Shown here: positions 18,817-29,940 of the stretch, piece by piece
Layout of the letters: the number at the start of each line of letters is the position of its first letter
Numbering within the stretch: position 1 is the first letter of the stretch
Sequence record: KT919972.1
Direction: 5' to 3' (one strand)
Length of the DNA stretch: 64,000 nt
Program-made: the position numbers and the translations under genes
Notes under the pieces: generated by a model
The model's database searches: none
Told to the model about the DNA's origin: nothing
Seen by the model: only the letters and a program-made list of their open reading frames with translations

Positions 18817-21800
18817 TTATAAACGAAGCAACTTCTTCCACCATGGGCGTTTGAGTTCTTGTACTTCGTTCTGAAGCGAATCGACTTTCTCATTAAGCTC
18901 TTTAATAGCTTCAATCAAAAGACCGTTCATGTTACCATACGCCACTGATAGAATATGATCTTCGTCACTTTCCATCACAGCTTCTGGTAGCACCTTTTGC
19001 ACTTCTTGCGCGATTACACCAGTTTCACGAGTAAACTCATCTGAGTCTAATGATTTGCGCTTATCATATGTATACCCGCTTAATTCACCTACCTTATTGA
19101 GTGCATTGTCAATAATCTTGACATTCTCTTTCAAACGTGCATCGGAGTACGCTGTAACGTTACCCTGAGCAGTCAAGCTACCTGCATTAACTTCTACGTA
19201 ATTAGAACGACGGTTAGTGTAGAAACGCATACGACCATCAGAATTTGATAGAATCTGAATACCTGCACGAATGTTACTACTGTTGTAATAAGAAGCAAAT
19301 GCCCAGTGAGCACCGACAGTATCTGGGTTGTTTACACTAAATGCAGCAGTTCCGTTACCGCCCCACGTCGAGTCGTAAAAGTTATCGGCAACTCTAGCTG
19401 ATTTATTCGAGCCAGACCACGAACCTGAAGTGATTTGACCATCTGTACGTAGCAATGAACTACCACAATAAATCCCAGAGCTGAAATCAGCATATGGGTT
19501 CAATCTCAACCACGCGCCTTCATTGTTTCTGAAAGCTCGCTTCCCACCCAATAGAATGTTTTTGTTTAATAATACATCAACATCCGAGGCGAAGTTGAAT
19601 TTACTGTATGAATAGAACCCATTAGTTGCATTAGTCTCCATGTGAGCATATGACGAATTACGACAACCGATCCATGCAGATTTACTATTATTACCGTTGT
19701 AAACAGTTAACACTCTAGTCGAATCATAAGTCAAGTTAATTTTCGATGCCAACTGAACTGTACCACCGTTAGCATACAGATTCCCGCCAACGAACACATT
19801 AGAAGTACCACGAGGGATTGTCAGTGCAGTAGTATCTACATCACTCTGACGTGTACCAATTTTAAATTCATTGGTCGTAGCCCCTAGATAGTGAATAAAC
19901 CCACCATGAGCTGCCCCATCTTCTGACATTCGAATTATAGAATCGTAGTTCGCATCAGTTTCAATTTTAAACAAACCGTGATTTGAACCAGACGCTAAAT
20001 TCATCTCCCCTGTATTCAGCTTGTAACGAGTCGCTGAACTTGATGTATATCTACCAGACTGTGAGAAGTACGCAAACATAGTAGCATTAGTTGCAGCACC
20101 CAATGGATTTGAAATTCCCGCAGGGAAAACTGAACCACCGAAAGAGTAATCTGACGTATACACTTGAGCGCGAGAGTTACTACGCAGATCTATACGTTGA
20201 CCACCACGAACGTAGATAACAACACCCGTGAATCCCTGAGTACCTTCCCATATTGAATGTATGTTTGTTTCTGAATCAACATACTTCTGCATAATCAAGT
20301 CATAATATGCATTGTGGTCTGACCAACCGCCACCACGTGCAACACCTGTTAACGTGTTATTGTTATATGGTGAGCTGCCCTGCCCTGAACCAACAGACAG
20401 TGTGAATTCACACGTATAACCAGCAGTATTGTTCGCATCAAACACGACTGGGTAGAATTTAGTCGAATCTAAACCATCTAGGCTGATTACGTTATTGACT
20501 ACATCATTCGCCGTTGGTTTATTCGCTTCATGGTAAATACTGCGCCTTGTGGAATCGTCTGGGGTACGAACATAAAGTGAATCAACACCCGAGCCGTCCA
20601 TTCCAATGTAACCAGATTTACCAATATCTGTTTGATCAAACAACAAGAACGGGTCAGTACCTTGAATAGACAGACTCGTTGCACCAGTCCCTTCTCTACG
20701 TACAACGGCGCCAGCTCCGCCAACCTCGAACAATCGATTCGATGCTGTTGATAAGTCTGCATTTGTACCAATACCAAACCCTGCACCATTCGTGAACGAA
20801 CCTGCATACCACGATTCACCTAGAGCATTTCCATCAGTACTCTTTCCTTGGAAACGAATATTAACGTTCGGAACTGAAGATTCTTCAACACGATGTACTG
20901 AAAGTGGAGTTGAAGATGATGCATTCAATGCCATTACACCCGACGTGTTAAGCGATGCTGCAAAATCGCTCGATGCATTAGCACTAACGCCCTGTGGACA
21001 TAAGTAAATTGCTCCCAACCCACTTCCACCTAGTCGAGTAGTACCACCACTATACATCAACAGACCTTGTTCTGTGTTTGCATCATTCAACAACGCGCTT
21101 GTATGAATTGCATCTGTAAACACTGTACGATCTGAGTACATTGACATTATGTTTTCAGCAGTAGTCCCATCAGAGGCATTCAAACGAAACTGCAATGAGC
21201 CATCAACTCGATTCCAGTAGATTTTACCACGAGTTTCACCAGTATCATTATTCAACTGAATAGACGGGTTTGATTCACCAACTCGATTGATGTTCAATAC
21301 GTTGTCAATGTGATCGACCGATGCATTTAGAGTAACGTTTGAGCTACCATCGATAGATACTGAACCGCTTAACTCGCCAGCTAGTGATAATGAACGAGCA
21401 GTTGTCCACTTGTCGGCATATGGGTGATAATCTGTGTGATACATATGAACCCAGTCTTCCCACTGACCGCTGTATCGAGTACGCATCGCGATAGTACCAA
21501 CATTACCCAACAACCCATACGAATACGCAACTTGAGTAGTATTACCTGTCGTACCGTAAGACATGTTCTGAACATACCAGTAGCCAGTAAACCCGCTTGG
21601 TCTATTTGTACCTTGTGAAAGTTTATTGTAAAATCCCGGCGTAGTTAGTGTATCCCAATCAACCGACGAATCAACACCTGCAACAGTGCGACCCGTTGCT
21701 ATAAAGTCCGAGTCACTTGAACGCAGTCCAACCTCAGCAAACGTAGGGTAATTATCGATACTCGGAATTGATGCGTTCAACGTAACGTTTGAGCTACCGT

Positions 21801-23016
21801 CAAACGATACAGATCCGCTTAAATCACCACTCAATGATATTGTTCGTGCTGTTGTTAGTTTGTCTGCATTTGGGTGATATGCGTCGTGAAACACACGCTG
21901 ATTAACTTTCGCGAAAATTTCACCTTGCACTTCAAGACCAGCAATCGATGCAGTCGGTCCGTTATCGCGAATAATCAACGCTTGACCGTTACCACCATCA
22001 GTGTTGATGTCAACATCACTAACCTCATGAATTAATTCCAGATTCTGATTCGCACCTGTAATCCAGTTAATACCCGAGTTTTCGGTTGCATAGAGAGTCT
22101 CGTTAAAGCTTAAACGCGCACCTGCTTTGCTGATCGCAACGTTTCCAGTGAATGTATCGCCTGTAACATTTGCAAATCGTGCATCGGATTCTGCTTCAGT
22201 GTAGTATCTACCGTCATGCGTGTGTGAATCGTTCGCTACAGTCGCTGTAACAGTCACAGTCGCGTTAGCCGACCCATCAATAGTCATAGACGCAGAACCG
22301 CTTACATCGCCCGTTAGAGTCGTTGTAAGAGTGCGTGCAGATGTCCATTTGTCTGCATTTGGGTGGTAAGCATCGTTGAATACATTATTCCCTTTATATG
22401 TAAATGCAGAAGAGTTGACACTCATTGTAGAACCAGCATTGCCGATATGCAACGTTCCATCTGTACGTAATAGAGAGCTTCCGTAATAAACCCCAGACGC
22501 AAACTCATTCTGATCATTGATTCTCAACCAATCATCAAACCCACGCAATGCTGTTTTCATGTTGATATCAATACTATCAACAGAAAAGTCGGCAGCAGTA
22601 GCATCAATTCTGAAGCGAGTAGTGACTACATCATTTTCTCGAATACTGAAACTATCAGTCGAGTTCATAATGTACCAGTTTTTTGAGTTGTCGTTGTCGC
22701 GCAACAACAGACGTGGCGACGCTCCGTTGATCTCAATTTCGTTTGCCGTGTTCGTCAATTTACCTGACATTGTATCGCCAGTTTTCTTCACGTAGCCGCC
22801 AGCAGCAATTGGAGCAAAACGAGCATCAGATTCAGCTTTCGTGAATGCAGAAGTCGTTCCACCGTTACCTAATTCGCCTGGTAGTGGTGTATCATGTTCT
22901 GTATAAATTTTGTGGCCTTGGTAGCGAATTGTCTCGCCTTGCGGGTCAAAGCGAAGATTCCCTCCGTGCCAAACTATGTTACCACCAATTGCGGTAGTTG
23001 ATCTTAGTTCTGCCAT
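18817..23016 (-). CDS. long tail fibre subunit with C-terminal intramolecular chaperone (peptidase S74-like)
   Basis: repeated DAYHPNADKWT...L.GD.SG modules, DSHTHDGRY, C-terminal SDARLKENV...GVIAQEV...VAYGNM..LLIEAIKEL. Confidence 0.9.
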   Translation of the reverse strand: MAELRSTTAIGGNIVWHGGNLRFDPQGETIRYQGHKIYTEHDTPLPGELGNGGTTSAFTKAESDARFAPIAAGGYVKKTGDTMSGKLTNTANEIEINGASPRLLLRDNDNSKNWYIMNSTDSFSIRENDVVTTRFRIDATAADFSVDSIDINMKTALRGFDDWLRINDQNEFASGVYYGSSLLRTDGTLHIGNAGSTMSVNSSAFTYKGNNVFNDAYHPNADKWTSARTLTTTLTGDVSGSASMTIDGSANATVTVTATVANDSHTHDGRYYTEAESDARFANVTGDTFTGNVAISKAGARLSFNETLYATENSGINWITGANQNLELIHEVSDVDINTDGGNGQALIIRDNGPTASIAGLEVQGEIFAKVNQRVFHDAYHPNADKLTTARTISLSGDLSGSVSFDGSSNVTLNASIPSIDNYPTFAEVGLRSSDSDFIATGRTVAGVDSSVDWDTLTTPGFYNKLSQGTNRPSGFTGYWYVQNMSYGTTGNTTQVAYSYGLLGNVGTIAMRTRYSGQWEDWVHMYHTDYHPYADKWTTARSLSLAGELSGSVSIDGSSNVTLNASVDHIDNVLNINRVGESNPSIQLNNDTGETRGKIYWNRVDGSLQFRLNASDGTTAENIMSMYSDRTVFTDAIHTSALLNDANTEQGLLMYSGGTTRLGGSGLGAIYLCPQGVSANASSDFAASLNTSGVMALNASSSTPLSVHRVEESSVPNVNIRFQGKSTDGNALGESWYAGSFTNGAGFGIGTNADLSTASNRLFEVGGAGAVVRREGTGATSLSIQGTDPFLLFDQTDIGKSGYIGMDGSGVDSLYVRTPDDSTRRSIYHEANKPTANDVVNNVISLDGLDSTKFYPVVFDANNTAGYTCEFTLSVGSGQGSSPYNNNTLTGVARGGGWSDHNAYYDLIMQKYVDSETNIHSIWEGTQGFTGVVIYVRGGQRIDLRSNSRAQVYTSDYSFGGSVFPAGISNPLGAATNATMFAYFSQSGRYTSSSATRYKLNTGEMNLASGSNHGLFKIETDANYDSIIRMSEDGAAHGGFIHYLGATTNEFKIGTRQSDVDTTALTIPRGTSNVFVGGNLYANGGTVQLASKINLTYDSTRVLTVYNGNNSKSAWIGCRNSSYAHMETNATNGFYSYSKFNFASDVDVLLNKNILLGGKRAFRNNEGAWLRLNPYADFSSGIYCGSSLLRTDGQITSGSWSGSNKSARVADNFYDSTWGGNGTAAFSVNNPDTVGAHWAFASYYNSSNIRAGIQILSNSDGRMRFYTNRRSNYVEVNAGSLTAQGNVTAYSDARLKENVKIIDNALNKVGELSGYTYDKRKSLDSDEFTRETGVIAQEVQKVLPEAVMESDEDHILSVAYGNMNGLLIEAIKELNEKVDSLQNEVQELKRPWWKKLLRL

Positions 23017-23086
23017 GTTATTCTCTCATTGAGTACGTTTTATCATTTATTTATCATGTATAAAAAAAGCTCCCGTAGGAGCCTTT

Positions 23087-24817
23087 TTAGTTAAGTAGTT
23101 TTTCTAGTTTTTCTAGACGTTTTTCAAGTTCTTCGCGTTTTCGTTTCTCTTCTTTAATACCTTCAATCAACAACCCAACCATGTTTCCGTATGAAACAGA
23201 ATACATGTTGTTTTGCTCAACAACTGCTTCTGGCAGAACTTCAATAACTTCTTGAGCAATCACACCAGTTTGACGAGGCCCGTCAATATCAGTACGCTCA
23301 TACGTATAACCATTCAGACTGTCAATTTTTTCAAGAGGGTTTAGAATGCGCTTGATATCAGTTTTTATTCTTATATCAGAATACGCAGTGATATTACCCG
23401 GGGCGGTAAAATTACCGCCCGTAGATAATGTAAACGTCTTCCGACTGCCCCACGACTGAGCATTAGTGTACATGAATATTGTACCATCAGACCCCGCGTG
23501 CAAATCTTCCCCTGTATTTCCTGACAATACTGCATTAGCGCCAGTTGACTCACCAGAACCGATTACTAGATTACCACCGGGTGATAAAATCAAGTTCGTG
23601 CCGTTCACACCACCATCTAATGCTTTAATCGACGCTCCAGCGTGTGAACCTGCTTTTAGTTTCAATTCACCTGTCATCGTATCGCCAGACTTATACACGT
23701 ATCTTGAATTCGACTCTGATTCTGTGTAATAACGACCGTCGTGAGTATGAGAATCGTTAGCAACAGTAACGGTTAAAGTCACGTTCGAACTACCGTTAAT
23801 TGAAACTGAGCCGCTTGCATCGCCATTCAACGACAGCGTACGAGATGTAGTCCAACGGTCTGCATTTGGGTGATAGTTATCTGCAAATACGCGATTCCCT
23901 TGCAGACGCATGATCGCAGTTCCGCTAACTCTGTCAAAGTTCACGCTACTAGACGATGCACTGACATTAATGTAATCAGACCCATCATACCAAGCATGTC
24001 GAAAGTTACTAGTCGCACCCGTGTCTGAACGACCATACCAATGCAATCTAGAGTAATTGGTGTCATCGCTTCTAGCATCAGCCCGCTGTATAGCAGGAGT
24101 TGTACCTACCCTCATCATCAATGCAGAGTTTATATAAACGTCGCCAGTGAACGTATCGCCTGATACATTTGCAAATCGCGCATCAGATTCATCTTCAGTA
24201 TAATATCTACCGTCATGCGTGTGTGAATCGTTGGCAACTGAAGCTGATAACGTGACGTTAGAACTACCATCAATAGATACGGTTCCACTCAAATCACCAC
24301 TCAATGTCAATGTTCGTGCATTAGTCCATTTGTCGGCATTTGGGTGATAGGCATCATTAAAAAGTTTATATACACCACCACTCATGATCCACTCAGGATT
24401 GGTGCTTGTTGCTAATTGTAACCCTGCACGTCCAGTCGAGCCTAGATACGCAGAATCCCCATTAACTTGTAGTAACGGTTTGCCATCTGAGCCGCCAATT
24501 GACCCACTTAGAATATTATCGTTATACGGTTGTGTTTTACTAATATATTGAGTTTCGTGAGTATGTGAGTCGTCTGCTACTGTGACGTTTAATGTAACAT
24601 CTGAGCTACCATCCCATGAGACGCTACCACTCGCGTCGCCGCTTAAATTCAACGTACGAGCGGTAGTCCATTTGTCTGCATTTGGGTGATAGGCATCATG
24701 AAACACCTTTTGCGTGTTTTGTGCAAAAAGCTCAGTATCAACAACTAGACTCCCGACTTGTGCCATTGACGATACGTTCAACGTACCGAAAATGTTAGTA
24801 GGACCTAATTTTGCCAT
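23087..24817 (-). CDS. tail fibre protein with C-terminal intramolecular chaperone (peptidase S74-like)
   Basis: same fibre repeats; SDIRIKTDI...GVIAQEV...SVSYGNMVGLLIE. Confidence 0.9.
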   Translation of the reverse strand: MAKLGPTNIFGTLNVSSMAQVGSLVVDTELFAQNTQKVFHDAYHPNADKWTTARTLNLSGDASGSVSWDGSSDVTLNVTVADDSHTHETQYISKTQPYNDNILSGSIGGSDGKPLLQVNGDSAYLGSTGRAGLQLATSTNPEWIMSGGVYKLFNDAYHPNADKWTNARTLTLSGDLSGTVSIDGSSNVTLSASVANDSHTHDGRYYTEDESDARFANVSGDTFTGDVYINSALMMRVGTTPAIQRADARSDDTNYSRLHWYGRSDTGATSNFRHAWYDGSDYINVSASSSSVNFDRVSGTAIMRLQGNRVFADNYHPNADRWTTSRTLSLNGDASGSVSINGSSNVTLTVTVANDSHTHDGRYYTESESNSRYVYKSGDTMTGELKLKAGSHAGASIKALDGGVNGTNLILSPGGNLVIGSGESTGANAVLSGNTGEDLHAGSDGTIFMYTNAQSWGSRKTFTLSTGGNFTAPGNITAYSDIRIKTDIKRILNPLEKIDSLNGYTYERTDIDGPRQTGVIAQEVIEVLPEAVVEQNNMYSVSYGNMVGLLIEGIKEEKRKREELEKRLEKLEKLLN

Positions 24818-24847
24818 TTCATATTCCTATTAGTTGTTTTATAATAT

Positions 24848-27800
24848 TTATGACTCACTCAATGACACAACAGACACTGCACCATTTTTATTGAAACTCG
24901 CAGACTCAAGCAAAAGCTTGTGTTCGCGCTCAATTTCAATATCACTTAATGCCTTTGTGTGCAATTTACCTTTATGAGTCACACCATTAAAGCGAAAATC
25001 TTCACTCGTTGATGAGTTATACCCAAATGTAATGTCATGATCAGATTTAAATTCTATGAAATCGTCATCTAGTGTCGCAGTATCTAGTAATGAACCATTC
25101 ACATACAATCTAAACAGTTTCGCTTTTTTAACGAGCGATATAGCAGTTATCTCGTTCACTGTATGCGGGATACCTGCAAGAGTATACCACCGATCACCAG
25201 ATGTCTCAGATACTGAAATACGAGCGTCATATCGACCGTTATTTGCAACGATACCAGTATGAAAACCCCTACTCGCCATGATTAACGATTCGGTATCTTG
25301 AGTCTCAGATAGTGCAGTACACAGAACAGTCATCGTAAACTCACTCGTATCCCAATCTGCATCACTAAAAGTAACATCTAGTGAATTATCAATAAGTACA
25401 CCACCATTAGCAGCTAATGTACCATCAGTGTACAACCCACCTTTATCAATCAACGGGTTATTGAATTGAGTGATTGACGTTCTTGACATCGATTTGTCTG
25501 TAAACGGCTCAATGTCAGTAAAATCAAGATATGCATATAGTGAATCGGTATTACCGACTTCATCAAACACGCCTGCATATGTTGTACCATCTTTATTGAC
25601 ATTTGGCTTATTGAAACTACCGCGCAAGAAAGATGTACGAGTGTAGTTAATACGTTCACCTAGTTCGTTATAACGGCGACCTTCTTTTTCTTCGAGAAGC
25701 TTTTGACCGTTTTTAAACCCAATCAACGACCACGTACCGCGAGTGATAATTTCACTCGGACCATAATCAGCACTGAAGTACGTTTTGAAATACTCATCGA
25801 GTGTACCATCTTGCGCAGAAGAAGCATCACAACGCGCAATACTCAATAACCAACCATCTTCCATCTTATCAATAGCGTGCTTAACCCAGTTGTGCGCGTC
25901 TTGTGCGTCTGTAACTTCAGAACCCGTAGAAATGTATACGTCACCGTCAAACTCGTAGTACTGAGAGACTACAGTCCCTGCGTATGTGTCGAGGTTACCA
26001 AATGCACGCAAGTTCATCCCGTGGTCGAAAATACAGAAATTTAACCCGCGTCTCGATAAAGGAGTCCCTTGTTTAACACCGTCAATGAACGTAGCTGTAC
26101 CATCATCAAATGACTCAGAACTCGAACGAATCTGAATTTCTGTTTCAGCAGAGTCATCCCACCCCTCGACTAAACGCGAGCTATTAAGCTGACCTTTATT
26201 GTCGATACTTGTTTTTACGTTCATCAACTCTTGAATTTCCGATTGTTCAAGAGCTTTCGCATAAATCTTATAATCAGCAACGCCACCGTAGAAGCCTTCA
26301 CTAATAGAATCTCTAAACGCACCAGTATTGAGAACTTTAAGATACCCGACACCAAGACCGATGTCACGCGGGCTTCCGTTGTGAGTTTTAGTCACAACCC
26401 CATTAACATACCATTTTGTAATACCAGTTTCACCATCGAATACTACAGCACAATGTCTCCATTCATTAAGAGTACCTGGCAAACCGTCAGAGCCGCCCGA
26501 AGATACACGCTCACCCGCAATACCTGCGTAGTTCGAATCTCCCCAACCATAGCCGATTTCGAACCCACTTGATGTATCCCAGCCATCACCACAAGATACC
26601 AGAACTGAGTCACGAGAACGTTGATTGCGTTTATTGATCCATGCCATCCACGTAAAACTATCTTCAGGTGGCACGTAACCGTCAACAACCCACGCACAAG
26701 GAGTTCCTTGAGTTCGTTCATAGCCATTAGAACTATACCATATTGCGTCACTTCCCGGTGACCAGTATGTAGTATGACCGACAGGAGATGGTTTTATATC
26801 TCGCTCGCTGAAAAGATAATATACAGATGGCTGTTTCGTGTTATTAATCGACATATGAGAATAAGAAACTGAAGTGTAATCTCTAGCCTCAACATCGGGG
26901 TGATTGATATACTCAGCGTCATGATTAAAACCAGATGCGTCGTGTAGATTATACTGAGCTGGGTTAATGAAACGACCTGTAGTATTTGATACCTTGTAAT
27001 CATTTGCACGGTCAGTCATCAATTCAAGCTGAACATTCTTGAAGTACTTCGGACCCGTTGGCCCATAATGTCCATAAAAGTAAATCGTTGCGCTTGAATT
27101 AGAACTCCAATCCCACTGAGCGTCGATCTCAAATTCGACTTGAATTCGTTCCCATGCTTTTGAGCGAGTCGGTCTTACGTACATACGCTTCGCAAACGAA
27201 CGATTACCGCCAATCACTGGTCTATATAACCCGATATCCCAATACGGAATACCACTCCCAACATCTTCAGTGTAAACGTCAAGAGATAAAATCATCTTAC
27301 GACCGATACGACGATCATTAGGTGAACCATTTGGGTCAGTTTCTAAACCTGGGTCTAGTAATTCATTATTAAGAGTCGTGTGTGTTAAACCAAGCCAGCC
27401 ACCATCTATGTTATTCGCATACCCGACAGTTTCACCTTGAAATTCTTTAAAGTGTGCATGAATTCGATCATTATCAGGGTCTGAACCACCATTCCAACCA
27501 CTAGACCATCCCGGTACGATTAGCGCGTCTTTATGCAGATCGGGATTCCACCCAATGTTGGTATGCACTAACGGGTCAAACGGAACTGCACCTAGCAATG
27601 AGCTATTCACAATTCGATTTTCAAATCCCGGTTCTATGTCGTCAAACGTATAATGCACCTGAAGACCACGAGCAAGTTCTTTGATTTCAGCAGTTGAAAG
27701 CGCGTGATCGTATACACGCACGTCATTCAACTTACACGTCGGGCGATAATTACTCGCGCCTAGGTATGTAGTAGACCATGCAAACAGTGCGATATAGTCT

Positions 27801-28306
27801 TCTTGATATGCCATGTCATAAGAGAAAGTTCTCTCAACTACCCCATCAACCCACAGCGTCACAACACCGTCATTATATCTCATAACACAGTGATGCCATT
27901 TCAAGTGCATATTAGTCGTACCGTAGTACGTGTGATATGTACGAGACGTACCATTGCCTGTATTACAACTCAATAGAGCCGAAGTAACACTGTCACATTT
28001 AAGTGTCAACCCAGGTCCCGTGTCGTCGGAGTGACTGTGCAGAGTAACTAGACCGTTAGCCGTTGAAAGATGATAATTACCCATTGGCTTAACCCATGCA
28101 GTCAACGTAAAGTCTTTTGTTAATTTTACCTTACGCTCACTGCGTAGATGATCAATAGTATTATATACCGTGCGCTCTTGGCACATACCCAATTTACCTT
28201 GACCTTCTTCAAGCGCACCAGTATCGTTATAAAGACTCAAGTGATTTTCATTACCACTCCAGTCTTTAAGATCTTTATGTAAAGGGTACCATGCAATTAA
28301 TGCCAT
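24848..28306 (-). CDS. large multi-LamG (concanavalin-like) tail-associated protein
   Basis: LamG motifs (FTLTAWVK...WHHCVMRY...LWVDG...LNDVRVYDHALS; FTWMAWI...WRHCAVVFDG...WYVNG...ADYKIYAKAL) plus a GLNFCIFD...NLDTY segment. Confidence 0.8.
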   Translation of the reverse strand: MALIAWYPLHKDLKDWSGNENHLSLYNDTGALEEGQGKLGMCQERTVYNTIDHLRSERKVKLTKDFTLTAWVKPMGNYHLSTANGLVTLHSHSDDTGPGLTLKCDSVTSALLSCNTGNGTSRTYHTYYGTTNMHLKWHHCVMRYNDGVVTLWVDGVVERTFSYDMAYQEDYIALFAWSTTYLGASNYRPTCKLNDVRVYDHALSTAEIKELARGLQVHYTFDDIEPGFENRIVNSSLLGAVPFDPLVHTNIGWNPDLHKDALIVPGWSSGWNGGSDPDNDRIHAHFKEFQGETVGYANNIDGGWLGLTHTTLNNELLDPGLETDPNGSPNDRRIGRKMILSLDVYTEDVGSGIPYWDIGLYRPVIGGNRSFAKRMYVRPTRSKAWERIQVEFEIDAQWDWSSNSSATIYFYGHYGPTGPKYFKNVQLELMTDRANDYKVSNTTGRFINPAQYNLHDASGFNHDAEYINHPDVEARDYTSVSYSHMSINNTKQPSVYYLFSERDIKPSPVGHTTYWSPGSDAIWYSSNGYERTQGTPCAWVVDGYVPPEDSFTWMAWINKRNQRSRDSVLVSCGDGWDTSSGFEIGYGWGDSNYAGIAGERVSSGGSDGLPGTLNEWRHCAVVFDGETGITKWYVNGVVTKTHNGSPRDIGLGVGYLKVLNTGAFRDSISEGFYGGVADYKIYAKALEQSEIQELMNVKTSIDNKGQLNSSRLVEGWDDSAETEIQIRSSSESFDDGTATFIDGVKQGTPLSRRGLNFCIFDHGMNLRAFGNLDTYAGTVVSQYYEFDGDVYISTGSEVTDAQDAHNWVKHAIDKMEDGWLLSIARCDASSAQDGTLDEYFKTYFSADYGPSEIITRGTWSLIGFKNGQKLLEEKEGRRYNELGERINYTRTSFLRGSFNKPNVNKDGTTYAGVFDEVGNTDSLYAYLDFTDIEPFTDKSMSRTSITQFNNPLIDKGGLYTDGTLAANGGVLIDNSLDVTFSDADWDTSEFTMTVLCTALSETQDTESLIMASRGFHTGIVANNGRYDARISVSETSGDRWYTLAGIPHTVNEITAISLVKKAKLFRLYVNGSLLDTATLDDDFIEFKSDHDITFGYNSSTSEDFRFNGVTHKGKLHTKALSDIEIEREHKLLLESASFNKNGAVSVVSLSES

Positions 28307-28317
28307 ATGAATTCACC

Positions 28318-29856
28318 TTATGAGAAAATAAAGTCGATTGATTCACTCGTTGAGTTATACACAATCGACGCCACACCATCGTCGAATTTCATTTCACTTC
28401 GACCGTCGTGCTGAACCACGCTACCGTTATACGTTATATTGTCTGTATGCGTCGCAGCAGCGTTTGATTTAACTTTTAATACGTTTACACCCGCCTCGAC
28501 GTTAACCGCTTCTACAGTGCTATTAGAGTCGGTATCCGCTGAAATGAACACACTCGAAGGTGTAACCAATTCAGCATTACCGCTTAACTTCAAGTATCTA
28601 CTCGTCGATGAACCGTAAATGAGATTTTCATTTATCGTCAGATTTCCAGTCATCGAGTCGCCAGCGGCGTTTACGTAACGACCATCTAGATTTGTCGTGT
28701 AGTTTCCTGTGTGTAGTACAGTATTAGAATTGAACTTTAATGCACTTGCACTGTTCTGAGCACCACCATCAATAGTCAACGAGTTTAACCCAGCAATCAA
28801 GTTCAAATGACGAGTCGTTTCATTGTCGTTTGAGTCAGCTTCAATTGTAATGTCACCAATAGATGACATGTGAATATCAGTACTATTGAAATCTAAGAAG
28901 TACTCGCTTGTTCGACGAATACCAAATCCCACATCAAACAATAAATGCCCAGACATCGTATCACCTGATTTAAGAACACGAGTATTCGCGTTATCATTTG
29001 CTGTCTTAGCGGCAGTCGCAGATGCATATACAGTCGAGCTTGTTGTGCTAACCGAGTCAGTGATGTTTCTGTTATTTGGGCTGAATACTCGATTACCTCG
29101 TTCCCTCAATTCACGTTCAGCGTCCACATATGAATTTGCACCAACACCAACTGTCAATGCAGTTATCTGACTACTATCTTCGATTTTGAATGCTTTGTCG
29201 GTACTTTCACTTGAAAGATATAACACCGCCCCAGCACCGATACCGCGAGTCTGAAAGTTCCACGGTCTAGATGAAGGGAAACGAAGTTGTCTAGACCCTT
29301 CGTTAGTCTCTGCCGCAGTTAACGTATTGAAAACACCCGTCATTGAATCACCAGACGCATTTATAAATCGAGCGTCAAGTAAAGACTGATTCCCGGTATG
29401 CAGCATAGTTCGATGAGTTGAACCATCGTAATATTCCATATTACCTAGATGATCAAACGACCAGTATCTACCTGATTGATCAGATTCAATCATGAATTCG
29501 TTGCCGTCATTGCCAGATGAAGTACCACGATATTTCAAATTCCACGCATATGCATTATTACCTATATAAATCCATGCGTCAGCGCCCCCAAGATTGTCAC
29601 CTTGACCATCCGAGTAACCACCATCAAATCTCATTACTTCGCCGAGTGCATTAACTTTCAATTCACCCGACATTGAATCACCAGCACGCTTAACAACAGA
29701 TTCGGTTAAATCGGTATGCGGGTCTGGCTTGTCATGTTCTGTATAAATTTTGTAGCCGTTGTAAAGAACAGTTTCACCTTGTGGGTCAAATCGTAAATTA
29801 CCTCCGTGCCAAACTAGTTTACCGCCGATTGCGGTAGTTGATCTTAATTCTGCCAT
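28318..29856 (-). CDS. tail fibre subunit
   Basis: repeated V...GDSMSG/GDTMSG fibre motifs; N-terminus nearly identical to that of the 1399-aa fibre. Confidence 0.8.
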   Translation of the reverse strand: MAELRSTTAIGGKLVWHGGNLRFDPQGETVLYNGYKIYTEHDKPDPHTDLTESVVKRAGDSMSGELKVNALGEVMRFDGGYSDGQGDNLGGADAWIYIGNNAYAWNLKYRGTSSGNDGNEFMIESDQSGRYWSFDHLGNMEYYDGSTHRTMLHTGNQSLLDARFINASGDSMTGVFNTLTAAETNEGSRQLRFPSSRPWNFQTRGIGAGAVLYLSSESTDKAFKIEDSSQITALTVGVGANSYVDAERELRERGNRVFSPNNRNITDSVSTTSSTVYASATAAKTANDNANTRVLKSGDTMSGHLLFDVGFGIRRTSEYFLDFNSTDIHMSSIGDITIEADSNDNETTRHLNLIAGLNSLTIDGGAQNSASALKFNSNTVLHTGNYTTNLDGRYVNAAGDSMTGNLTINENLIYGSSTSRYLKLSGNAELVTPSSVFISADTDSNSTVEAVNVEAGVNVLKVKSNAAATHTDNITYNGSVVQHDGRSEMKFDDGVASIVYNSTSESIDFIFS

Positions 29857-29912
29857 TAGCGTTATTCCATGTATGTGAAATTAGAATATATGACAGTATT
29901 TAGTATAGCCGT

Positions 29913-29940
29913 AAAAAAGGGCGCTATTTGCGCCCTTTTG
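29913..29940 (-). terminator. Rho-independent terminator
   Basis: AAAAAAGGGCGC-TATTT-GCGCCCTTTT (+ strand view). Confidence 0.8.
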
